Shown here in pieces: positions 1-7,329 of a stretch of 16,219 bases of DNA. The position numbers and the translations under genes are program-made. Positions within the stretch are counted from its first letter, which is position 1, and each line of letters opens with the position of its first letter. Source of the stretch: a virus (lineage: Duplodnaviria; Heunggongvirae; Uroviricota; Caudoviricetes); IMG/VR virus record IMGVR_UViG_2537562231_000027. The stretch is one strand, 5' to 3'. The notes under the pieces are model-generated. The model was given only the letters and a program-made list of their open reading frames with translations, made no database searches and had not been told where the DNA came from.

Positions 1-900
1 ACTGCTGGCCTCTATTATCTGACGCAACATATCTGCCGGTTTTTCACAGGGGTGTTTGCCCGGATAATACTGTACAGGCTTATACATCCAGACATCCGTA
101 TACGGAACAGCAGCCGATACAGAAAAATAACGCCGCAAAGATTTGTACTCCTCCAGCAGGCTGGCATATTGCCGGTTAAGTTCACTGTATGTGCTGACCA
201 GCTGGTGGTGTGGCCATTCCAGTTCACCGCGCTGATGCTTCTCTTCTGCCACCCGGGCAAACAGGGCCTGTAATTTCAGATAATCGCTTTCGTTCGGCAG
301 CTGCCACTGACTGGCACTGAACCAGTGCGACACCATGTTTTTCTTTCCTGTGGCATCTGCAATCTGTTTTGCCGTTATCCCAAGAGCAGCACGCGCATCA
401 CGAAAGTAAGAAATCAGCGGGGCCATCACATGCTGTTTCAGTGCCCTGCCCTTCGCCTCATCGCCATCATCTTTCGGACGATACGGCCCCTGATAATGTT
501 CCGCGAACAGAATGCGTTCTGTGGCCGGAAAATACGCCCGCAGGCTTTCCTTGTCGCACCCGTTCCAGCGTCCGGACGGCTTCGCCCAGATAATATGGTT
601 CAGCACATTGAAGCGTTCACGCATCATGATTTCGATATCAGATGCCAGGCGATGACCACAGAACAGGTAAAGACTTCCGGCAGGTTTCAGCACCCGCCAG
701 AACTGCGCCAGACACTGGTCCAGCCACTTCAGGTAATCATCGTCGCCCTTCCACTGGTTATCCCAGCCCTCAGGCTTCACTTTAAAGTACGGCGGGTCCG
801 TGACTATCAGGTCAACAGAATTTTCGGGTAACGACCGGATAAATTCCAGGCAGTCGGCGTTGATTAACTCACAACTGGATATTTTTACAGTATTAGCCAT
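1..900 (-). CDS. DNA N6-adenine (or N4-cytosine) methyltransferase, N6_N4_Mtase-type; partial, 3' end beyond window start
   Basis: Manual reverse-strand translation from ATG at 900-898 stays open to position 1 (300 codons). N-terminus MANTVKISSCELINADCLEFIRSLPENSVDLIVTDPPYF carries the DPPY catalytic motif; LKPAGSLYLFCG and C-terminal HPCEKP motifs follow. Missing from the ORF track, apparently because no stop lies within the window. Confidence 0.85.
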   Translation of the reverse strand, partial: MANTVKISSCELINADCLEFIRSLPENSVDLIVTDPPYFKVKPEGWDNQWKGDDDYLKWLDQCLAQFWRVLKPAGSLYLFCGHRLASDIEIMMRERFNVLNHIIWAKPSGRWNGCDKESLRAYFPATERILFAEHYQGPYRPKDDGDEAKGRALKQHVMAPLISYFRDARAALGITAKQIADATGKKNMVSHWFSASQWQLPNESDYLKLQALFARVAEEKHQRGELEWPHHQLVSTYSELNRQYASLLEEYKSLRRYFSVSAAVPYTDVWMYKPVQYYPGKHPCEKPADMLRQIIEASS

Positions 901-1040
901 AGATCAATAAGCACTTCTCTGATAGGCTCATACCGCTTTTGCGCAAAGCAGATGGGCCTGAGGTTTGCTTGTGACCACAACGCATGAGCAGATGGCTGGT
1001 GAGTGCCCCTAACACCCACCAGCCGCCCATTTACCACAAA

Positions 1041-1065
1041 TAAAAAAGCCTTCACTGCGGAAGGC
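1041..1065 (-). terminator. Rho-independent terminator (minus strand)
   Basis: Minus-strand RNA reads GCCTTC-CGCAGT-GAAGGC followed by TTTTTTATTT; the stop codon of the upstream small ORF lies inside the hairpin. Confidence 0.5.
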
Positions 1066-1249
1066 GTCTGTAACAACCGAACTGATAGTCTGCCAGACCC
1101 GCCATAACAAGTTGGGTCAGTATTAACTGACAGCGTTCGCGTGAAAGGTAAGTATTCTGCGCAATCTCCCCGACTGTCGCCGGTTCGGTGACGCTTAATT
1201 CATTAAACACCACTCTGGCGGTTTCTGTCATATCCTGCTGTTTCAGCAT
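1052..1249 (-). CDS. Hypothetical small protein (about 65 aa) with HTH-like segment
   Basis: Internal ATG at 1249-1247 preceded by AAGGGAAAAAGAC; product MLKQQDMTETARVVFNELSVTEPATVGEIAQNTYLSRERCQLILTQLVMAGL... The track ORF 1052..1342 is longer from an upstream alternative start. Confidence 0.4.
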   Translation of the reverse strand: MLKQQDMTETARVVFNELSVTEPATVGEIAQNTYLSRERCQLILTQLVMAGLADYQFGCYRRLPQ

Positions 1250-1371
1250 GTCTTTTTCCCTTTTTCGGTTAACGTGACACACCAATAACTCTTGTCGAAA
1301 AAGCCAGCAAGCTGAAAGACAGGTATTCACCGCCACCAGCACGTTTACTGTACTGGACCGATTTCAGCCAT

Positions 1372-1391
1372 AAAAAAACCCGCTCGCGGGT
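1372..1391 (-). terminator. Rho-independent terminator downstream of Q (tR'-like)
   Basis: Minus-strand RNA reads ACCCGC-GA-GCGGGT followed by TTTTTTTA, about 60 nt after the Q stop. Confidence 0.5.
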
Positions 1392-1447
1392 GAAGTAACC
1401 ACTCTTAACATACTGACATACTTTTTGCGGACCGCACTAATCATTTT

Positions 1448-1828
1448 TTACTTTTTTAGCAGCCAGTCGTCCATCTCCAGTCTTACCCCCAGCACAGACA
1501 AACATCCGTCAATAAACCCTTCGGCTATCTGCATCTCAATTCGTATTGCTTTTTCGCTTTTCTTTCTCGTCCTGGCTATCTGTCTTTTTGATATTCGCAA
1601 CAAATAATGAGCAATGAGAAGCGAATACTCCTCAGGTTTTTTCTGCTTCAGACGAGCAAGACAGTTTTCAATGATAAGTCCGTCATCATCGCAGCAGGCC
1701 GGACGTGGTTTAGTGGCAGATGGTAAAAGTCCTTTGAATCCGGCAGCGATCGGAGAATAGTCCACCCCGGTGTTACCACTTGCAGCCCATGCCCCCCAGC
1801 GTTCAAGAACTATCTGAATATCACGCAT
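1448..1828 (-). CDS. Late-gene antitermination protein Q (QuuD/Phage_antitermQ-type)
   Basis: MRDIQIVLERWGAWAASGNTGVDYSPIAAGFKGLLPS...ACCDDDGLIIENCLARLK matches my recollection of the short Q proteins of DLP12-type prophages. ATG at 1828 has SD GGAGAAAG 6 nt upstream; the track start at 1843 is a TTG. Confidence 0.8.
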   Translation of the reverse strand: MRDIQIVLERWGAWAASGNTGVDYSPIAAGFKGLLPSATKPRPACCDDDGLIIENCLARLKQKKPEEYSLLIAHYLLRISKRQIARTRKKSEKAIRIEMQIAEGFIDGCLSVLGVRLEMDDWLLKK

Positions 1829-1845
1829 CAACTTTCTCCACAAAA

Positions 1846-2835
1846 TCAGGACAGCACACCAATCGCCAGCGCGCGATCGATAAAACGAAATATCAGCTCC
1901 AGTTGGGAACCATACTTCTCTTCAAATGCCACGGTATCCGCATGCAGTTCGTCATGGTGTTTTCTGCACAAAGGCAACACAAAAAGGTCATGCGCTTTTG
2001 TACCCATTCCACCCTGACCATGACCAATCAGGTGATGAGGATCGTCGGCTGGCTTACCACAACATGCACACGGCTGTGTCTTAACCCAGCGCGTGTACTT
2101 TTCATTAACCCAGCGACGACGTTTTGGGCGTAACATAAAAGACTCCGGCGACTCTGGATCCACTTTCAGCGCCAGCACCTTTTTCGCTTTATCCTGGATA
2201 ATGCTGGTGGCAGGAACCGAAGGAACAAGGTCACTCTCCCGGGTGACAGACGGCACAACAGGCTTCGGTAATCTCAGTGCCTTACGGGCTGCACTTTCCG
2301 GTAAGGCATCAGCCAGGTCATTACGAGCCAGCCACCAGCACAGTTCCGGCATTGTCACAACGTGACTGTCATCAAAACCGAGATCCCGACGCACAACAGA
2401 CAACACCCAGCGGGCACAGTTATCCGTTGCCATTGATTCCAGCCGTTCCGTGAACTGATCGCGCAGCTGGTTATCGCAGTGCCAGCACAGACGGATTGCG
2501 CCCGGAGCGTGTCGCATTGTGGTCATGTTCTCGCTGTGCCAGTTGGAATGAGGCCACTGACAGCCCTTTTCACGAAGTAACCAGCTTTCAAGACATTCCA
2601 CGCCACCAGCACGACGGATCACTGCCTCATTGCGGAACACGGCCCGAACGGCAGGATCATCCGCCAGCGGTTGTGATGCCGCCGGAACGGCACCACTGGC
2701 AAAAGATGAATAACGTTCCGGCTCAGGCTCCAGCAGGACACGCCCCTGCATAAACAGGGGCATCAGCTCTGAACCGGGCCTGAACAATACGATCCCCATA
2801 CGCGGGGCAATTTCAGGGGTCAGTAGTGCTCTCAC
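1846..2835 (-). CDS. Phage protein with C-terminal Cys/His-rich HNH-like zinc-binding motif (DUF968-like?)
   Basis: C-terminus CACCGKPADDPHHLIGHGQGGMGTKAHDLFVLPLCRKHHDELH. Sits in the nin-region position between the replication genes and Q. Start ambiguous: GTG at 2841 (track) or GTG at 2835, which has GAGG 5 nt upstream. Confidence 0.65.
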   Translation of the reverse strand: MRALLTPEIAPRMGIVLFRPGSELMPLFMQGRVLLEPEPERYSSFASGAVPAASQPLADDPAVRAVFRNEAVIRRAGGVECLESWLLREKGCQWPHSNWHSENMTTMRHAPGAIRLCWHCDNQLRDQFTERLESMATDNCARWVLSVVRRDLGFDDSHVVTMPELCWWLARNDLADALPESAARKALRLPKPVVPSVTRESDLVPSVPATSIIQDKAKKVLALKVDPESPESFMLRPKRRRWVNEKYTRWVKTQPCACCGKPADDPHHLIGHGQGGMGTKAHDLFVLPLCRKHHDELHADTVAFEEKYGSQLELIFRFIDRALAIGVLS

Positions 2836-2886
2836 GGTCACCTCAGCGAACGGTATTGCATGAACGCAGAAGAAAAAATTCAGCCA

Positions 2887-3144
2887 TCACGCAGTAAACT
2901 CCTTCACCAGTATTTCAAACTGGCTTACCTGTCCTTCCAGTTCCGCCACGCAATCCACCAGCTCATCCACCGCCTTTTGTGTGCGGTGTTTTGCCTGCAG
3001 CAGATCACGAAGCGCCGGAGTAAGCTGCTTGCGGAGCGTATCTTTTTTCACGCTCGTTTTTTCCATCTGTTCAGCACAACGAAGCATCTCCTGCGCCTGC
3101 CGACGAAGTTGTTCCGGTGAAACAGTGGTTGTTCTGTTGTTCAA
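2887..3144 (-). CDS. Hypothetical coiled-coil protein (85 aa), TTG start
   Basis: TTG start overlaps the DnaB-like stop (TTGA); GGAG about 10 nt upstream. Product is charged and helical-looking (QLRRQAQEMLRCAEQMEK...). Confidence 0.4.
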   Translation of the reverse strand: MNNRTTTVSPEQLRRQAQEMLRCAEQMEKTSVKKDTLRKQLTPALRDLLQAKHRTQKAVDELVDCVAELEGQVSQFEILVKEFTA

Positions 3145-4541
3145 AATAAACGCTCCGTTTTACTACCCGACATGCGGTTATTGCTGTATCTGCGCGGATT
3201 GCCCGGCGTCATGGGAGTGGAAAGAACCCGGGCACTCTCCTGGTCCACAGGCAGAAAATGCCCGTTATGAAAACGCCGGTAAATGGTACCCAGCGTACCA
3301 TTACGCTGTTTCGTGATGTTGATTTCTGCTATGCCTCTCGCCTGTGTCTCCGGGTTGTACACCTCATCCCTGTAAAGCATCAGAATGATGTCTGCATCCG
3401 CCTCTATTTCCCCTGAGTTTTTCAGGTCCGAGTTCATGGGGCGTTTATTGGGTCTGGATTCCACACCGCGGGAGAGCTGGCTCAGAGCAATCAGCGGAAA
3501 ACCGCCGGATTTTGCCAGGCTTTTTAGTCCCTTTGAGATTTCCCCCACAGCAAGGTCGTGACGCCCCATGCTGCGGGTTTTAATCAGGCCGAGGTAATCG
3601 ACCACCACCAGCGCCGTTTCCGGGTGTTTCATCCGGTGGTGCCTCGTAGTTGCACATATCTCATCAATGGTCAGGTTTGCCTGGTCCACCATCCAGATAT
3701 TACGCCCCGTCATTCGTCCCACGCCCTGTGAGAAACGTGCCCAGTCTTCGTCTTCAAAACGGGCAACTGACTTAAGACGGGATACCGGCATTCCCCCGGC
3801 AGCAGACACCATACGTTCACCAATCTGAATGTTCGCCATCTCCATGGTGAACAGAAGCACGCCATGCCCCTGCTCAGTCACCTTGTCGATGATATCCAGC
3901 GCAAGTTCGGTTTTCCCCATCGAAGGACGAGCCGCAATGAATACCAGGTCGCCTGGCTCCATACCGCCCGTTTTTGCGTCCAGCTCATCAATACCGGTCA
4001 TCAGCGCCCTGGATTTCTCCAGTCCCTGATTGCGGCATTCAACACGGTCGACCACTTCTGGAAGGACATCATCAATGTGAACCGGCTGAATGACGCCCTT
4101 TCCGGTCGACAGTGAGGCCATCATGTTCTGCGCATCCTTCAGGGCATCCTCGGCTGCTTCACAGGTATACGCATCACGTAAATTCTGTAATGCTTCAGTC
4201 AGTGTTTTTTCTGCATCGCGCAGTACGGCATTACGCCGCAACGCTGCGACATAGTGCTCCAGTGAAGACTTCACCCAGGTTTTGCGTCCGGTGTCGGTAA
4301 TCACCGGGGCAAGTTCCGGCATCTCATTGCACAGCAGTACGGGGTCAATGACGCCGGATACACGGGCCTGTCTGCAAATTCCCGCGTAAATATCCCTGTA
4401 CTGACGCACGAAAAAGACATCCGCCGGAAGCGTGGCCAGAATATCCATCACTTCCGGATCAGCCCCACGCAGAAAAAACGCACCGATGACAGCTCCTTCC
4501 AGGTCATCATTACGCCACGCCGGATTTGTCGGGTTTGTCAT
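3141..4541 (-). CDS. Replicative DNA helicase, DnaB family (phage-encoded)
   Basis: Walker A ARPSMGKTELALD and DnaB-like C-terminal RecA fold motifs. ATG at 4541 has SD GAGGTG and overlaps the DnaC-like stop (ATGA); the track start at 4580 is a TTG. Confidence 0.9.
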   Translation of the reverse strand: MTNPTNPAWRNDDLEGAVIGAFFLRGADPEVMDILATLPADVFFVRQYRDIYAGICRQARVSGVIDPVLLCNEMPELAPVITDTGRKTWVKSSLEHYVAALRRNAVLRDAEKTLTEALQNLRDAYTCEAAEDALKDAQNMMASLSTGKGVIQPVHIDDVLPEVVDRVECRNQGLEKSRALMTGIDELDAKTGGMEPGDLVFIAARPSMGKTELALDIIDKVTEQGHGVLLFTMEMANIQIGERMVSAAGGMPVSRLKSVARFEDEDWARFSQGVGRMTGRNIWMVDQANLTIDEICATTRHHRMKHPETALVVVDYLGLIKTRSMGRHDLAVGEISKGLKSLAKSGGFPLIALSQLSRGVESRPNKRPMNSDLKNSGEIEADADIILMLYRDEVYNPETQARGIAEINITKQRNGTLGTIYRRFHNGHFLPVDQESARVLSTPMTPGNPRRYSNNRMSGSKTERLF

Positions 4542-5428
4542 GCTGCCACACCTCTGATATGCGCGCGGTAGCTTTCCCAACCAAACACCAGGCAGTTACG
4601 CCCACCATCAGTAACGCGATCCACAATCCGTTCACCAATGGATTCCTTAAGCTGTTCAAACGTCAGGTTGCTGATCAAAATTGTCGGTAAAACGCTTTCG
4701 TAACGCGCATTTATGATTTCCTGCAGGATGGTTATCTCCGCAGGCGTACCGAACTGCACACCAACCTCATCGATGATAAGCAGATCCAGCGATGCAAAAT
4801 GATTAATCACTTCATCGTCAGTGCGCTCAGAGTTGTGGCGCCAGGTATTTTTCACCGCACGGGTAAGCCGCATTACATCCGTGATTTCTATGGTTGCCTG
4901 GTGGTGGCGAATAATATTTTTTGCCATTGATACAGCCAGGTGATTTTTACCGGTACCACAATTGCCAATCATGACCATGCTGGTGCCTGCAGCGAGACAT
5001 TTCTTCCAGGAAGCGGCATAGCGCTGACAGGCTTCAAGGTTTTTCTGTGCGTCAGTATTCACCGCCTGATAATTCTCAAACTCACAGTCCTGGAACCGGC
5101 GGGCAATACCGGCCTGATCGAGTAATTCACGAACCTTCAGGGCGCGTAATTCGTCATACACGCGGCCCAGCTCCTCACTGAGGCAGGACAGGCAACCGGA
5201 CACCCGTTTGACAGCTTTCCCCCTTACATCCGGGCCAGTCAGCACATAGCGCGTGTATTTTCCGTGTTTCCCGCAGGACACCGTCTCAGTGCTTTGCACC
5301 CAATGCTCACAGCGCCACGGACGCTTTCCGCCACGGACAAATGCCAGCTCCTCTTCCAGGTCTGCCTTGCGGTTAAGTAACTGCGCTTTGTCGTGTTGCA
5401 TGTGTTGTTTGTTCAGGAAATTAGTCAT
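4538..5428 (-). CDS. DnaC/IstB-like AAA+ helicase loader
   Basis: Walker A GNCGTGKNHLA and Walker B LLIIDEVG. ATG at 5428 is preceded by GGGGAGGGTGAAA; the track ORF extends further upstream without an RBS. Confidence 0.85.
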   Translation of the reverse strand: MTNFLNKQHMQHDKAQLLNRKADLEEELAFVRGGKRPWRCEHWVQSTETVSCGKHGKYTRYVLTGPDVRGKAVKRVSGCLSCLSEELGRVYDELRALKVRELLDQAGIARRFQDCEFENYQAVNTDAQKNLEACQRYAASWKKCLAAGTSMVMIGNCGTGKNHLAVSMAKNIIRHHQATIEITDVMRLTRAVKNTWRHNSERTDDEVINHFASLDLLIIDEVGVQFGTPAEITILQEIINARYESVLPTILISNLTFEQLKESIGERIVDRVTDGGRNCLVFGWESYRAHIRGVAA

Positions 5429-5447
5429 TTTCACCCTCCCCACAAAA

Positions 5448-6341
5448 TCACCAGTTGAAGTTCGTTGAGCCGTAGTCCTGTTCACTGAATCCCGAGATCG
5501 GGAGGCTTTTGCCCCGCCCACCTCCGGGGGCTGCTGGCTGTTGCCAGGATTCCTCGAAATGACGATCGGGTCCAAAGAACGTCGACGCCTGCTTCACGAA
5601 CTGGGTACCGGTATTTCCAGAGACACGCACCCAGGCGGCATACCGCTTCACGCCATCAAGCATGTTCTCCGGTTTTATTCCCTCCCTGATACGTGCTTTC
5701 CAGGCTTTGAAGGCTGCTGACTTGGAATTGCCACCAGCACGTTTGGGATATTCCTGCCATGCCTGTTCAAATTCCGGTGAATATTCCTGTCGGGCAGAAC
5801 GCGCTGGTGCAGACGCGTCAGCGGATGCGCCAATAGTGTTTTTACTCTCTGTAGTACTCTCTGAAGTAATCTCTGTTGTATTCTCTGTAAGATCGAAATT
5901 GGTTTTCCCTTCACCGCGGCGAGGGGTTTCCCGTGTCCGCGGTGAAGGCTTTCCCTCCTCCGCGAAATTGGGTTTTACAGTTTCCCGAAAACGGGTTTCC
6001 CCATTTCGGGAAAACTGATTGTTTTCATTGATAATTTCATTAAGGCGCTCACAATCTATACGGTAGAACATTTTGTGCTCAAGACGCTTGTTGGTTTCAA
6101 CCAAAATGCCTCTGGACACAAGATGCTTACGCGCTACAGCCTGTTGTTCAAATGTAAGTCCGGTTTCGTGTTGTATCTCTTCACGCGTTTTATGTACGCC
6201 TTCCGCTGCATGTGCTTTATCCTGCCAGTAAAAAATCTGACCAAAGAAAATAACAGCGTGCGGACTTCCCATGTATTTAACGAGCCCAGGGTAATAAGCA
6301 ACCGGATGCCCAAAATCGAGCAGAAGATCAGACGGACGCAT
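5448..6341 (-). CDS. Phage replication initiator (O-like replisome organizer) with internal origin repeats
   Basis: ATG at 6341 preceded by GGGAGGTG. Central T/E/S-rich linker is encoded by tandem DNA repeats. Lies immediately upstream of the DnaC-like and DnaB-like genes. Confidence 0.75.
   Translation of the reverse strand: MRPSDLLLDFGHPVAYYPGLVKYMGSPHAVIFFGQIFYWQDKAHAAEGVHKTREEIQHETGLTFEQQAVARKHLVSRGILVETNKRLEHKMFYRIDCERLNEIINENNQFSRNGETRFRETVKPNFAEEGKPSPRTRETPRRGEGKTNFDLTENTTEITSESTTESKNTIGASADASAPARSARQEYSPEFEQAWQEYPKRAGGNSKSAAFKAWKARIREGIKPENMLDGVKRYAAWVRVSGNTGTQFVKQASTFFGPDRHFEESWQQPAAPGGGRGKSLPISGFSEQDYGSTNFNW
5842..6060. repeat. Candidate replication origin inside the initiator gene: four 12-bp tandem repeats, five TTTCCC-core iteron-like repeats, adjacent AT-rich tract
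   Basis: 12-bp repeats GTAnTCTCTGnn at 5842-5889. TTTCCC cores at 5904, 5927, 5950, 5981 and 5997 (first three 23 bp apart), with a local palindrome CCCGAAAACGGG. AT-rich tract at 6020-6060. Confidence 0.5.
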
Positions 6342-6561
6342 AGCCACCTCCCAGGCGTTTAAACATTTTTCCGGACTGAAACGCCACTAGTGGGTAACTG
6401 ATGGTGTAGTTACGCCCCAGTAATTCACACACAACTTTCTGGCTTTCGGTGCTGACCAGGCAAACCCGCAGAACGCGACCGTCGCTGGTGGCGAACCACT
6501 GCCCCACACGGGGGCAACGGTTGTGTCGGTGATACAGAGAATTAACGAGGCGGCGAATCAT
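6328..6561 (-). CDS. Hypothetical protein (77 aa)
   Basis: ATG at 6561 with SD GGGAGGTG 6 nt upstream; ATGA overlap with the upstream gene's stop; 3' end overlaps the initiator start by 14 nt. Confidence 0.55.
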   Translation of the reverse strand: MIRRLVNSLYHRHNRCPRVGQWFATSDGRVLRVCLVSTESQKVVCELLGRNYTISYPLVAFQSGKMFKRLGGGYASV

Positions 6562-6920
6562 GGGCGCACCTCCCATTGATTACAGCGGAAAGCTGTATGA
6601 TTCAGGCTGGTTTCAGCTTCATGGAATGCCTCAATGCAGCTCTCGTAGTACCGCATTGTGCGCAGACTTAACCCAAGCTGAAGCATCATCAGGCCATCAA
6701 GAGTGATGTAATAACCACGCAGGGAGTCACCGTAGATGTGATAAGTACCCGGTATGAAATTGCAGGTAAAAAACTCGCGTGAGCAGTTCAGATACTCGAT
6801 TTTGTCAACGATGTTCTGGTGCATTCGCTTAAAGTGGCAGGCAACATGCAGGGAGAAAATAACGGCCTTGCCGTTGACAACTTCAATTTTCAGGTATGGG
6901 GAAGTTGGGACAGTAGCCAT
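6558..6920 (-). CDS. Hypothetical protein (120 aa), Cys/His-containing
   Basis: Internal ATG at 6920 with SD GGAGG 8 nt upstream; product MATVPTSPYLKIEVVNGKAVIFSLHVACHFKRMHQNIVDKIEYLNCS... The track ORF extends to an ATG at 7220 through GC-rich, low-complexity sequence with no RBS. Confidence 0.5.
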   Translation of the reverse strand: MATVPTSPYLKIEVVNGKAVIFSLHVACHFKRMHQNIVDKIEYLNCSREFFTCNFIPGTYHIYGDSLRGYYITLDGLMMLQLGLSLRTMRYYESCIEAFHEAETSLNHTAFRCNQWEVRP

Positions 6921-7085
6921 GATGGCAGCCTCCGTTGACTGTGGAAAACTTCCACCACCGGAGCTGCGAAACTCACTGGTGGCAGACTGAACAGGGTTCG
7001 CAGTACCGGCGTCAACGGAGACCGGCGAGCCTTTCGGCTCCCCTGCCCAGCCCACCATAATTCTGGCGTGCGTGAGCGCGGACGA

Positions 7086-7106
7086 TAAAAAAGACGCTGG
7101 CGCGTC
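7086..7106 (-). terminator. Candidate intrinsic terminator in the early-right operon (tR1-like)
   Basis: Minus-strand RNA reads GACGC-GCCA-GCGTC followed by TTTTTTAT. Short 5-bp GC stem. Confidence 0.4.
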
Positions 7107-7304
7107 ATATATCGCCGTTGACAATTCCGGGCTGCGACCCCCGGCACCCGCTTTATAAGGTGCGGAGACAGTGTAACGTCCCGAAATTGCAGAATCAATA
7201 TTTGGTCTTGAAATGATCATATAGCTGCTGATATCTTTAGAACTGTTCTTGGATGTTTCGGAGCCGTTTTATGCGAAACAGCTCCCCGTTATTGATGTTG
7301 AGTG

Positions 7305-7329
7305 AGCCGGGTTACTCCCGGCTTTTTTT
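7305..7329 (+). terminator. Rho-independent terminator on plus strand, antisense to the early-right operon
   Basis: AGCCGGG-TTACT-CCCGGCT followed by TTTTTTT; the T-run ends at the Rha-like stop codon. No U-tract on the minus strand, so it is unidirectional. Confidence 0.55.

Noticed and set aside
52-831. Plus-strand ORFs 52..273, 325..831 and 369..593
   Set aside because: They lie antisense to or out of frame with the methyltransferase gene, which has clear catalytic motifs; no RBS; products are low-complexity shadow-frame sequences.
885-1076. Minus-strand 63-aa ORF overlapping the methyltransferase start
   Set aside because: Overlaps the methyltransferase 5' end and the terminator region; no RBS; implausible composition.
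901-1447. tRNA genes downstream of Q, as seen in some lambdoid phages
   Set aside because: No cloverleaf-compatible sequence or conserved T-loop motif (GGTTCGAAT-like) was seen by eye; not excluded without tRNAscan.
1780-2753. Plus-strand ORFs 1780..2133, 2093..2365 and 2496..2753
   Set aside because: Antisense shadow ORFs within the Q and HNH-like genes.
3829-5468. Plus-strand ORFs inside the DnaB-like and DnaC-like genes (3829..4029, 3864..4115, 4112..4300, 4940..5125, 5253..5468)
   Set aside because: Antisense to well-supported Walker-motif-containing genes; no RBS.
5842-5889. CRISPR-like or other non-coding tandem repeat array
   Set aside because: Only four 12-bp units, in frame within the initiator gene and encoding a T/E/S linker; no spacer structure and no cas genes.
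5662-6018. ORFs 5662..6018 (+) and 5675..5914 (-) within the initiator gene
   Set aside because: Alternative frames across the repeat-rich origin region; the repeats inflate spurious ORFs.
6754-7198. ORFs 6754..6990 (+) and 6890..7198 (-), and the N-terminal extension of 6558..7220
   Set aside because: GC-rich region with nested inverted repeats and a terminator; Arg-rich or low-complexity translations; no RBS at 7220 or 7198. Treated as a structured leader, though translation of the long frame cannot be fully excluded.
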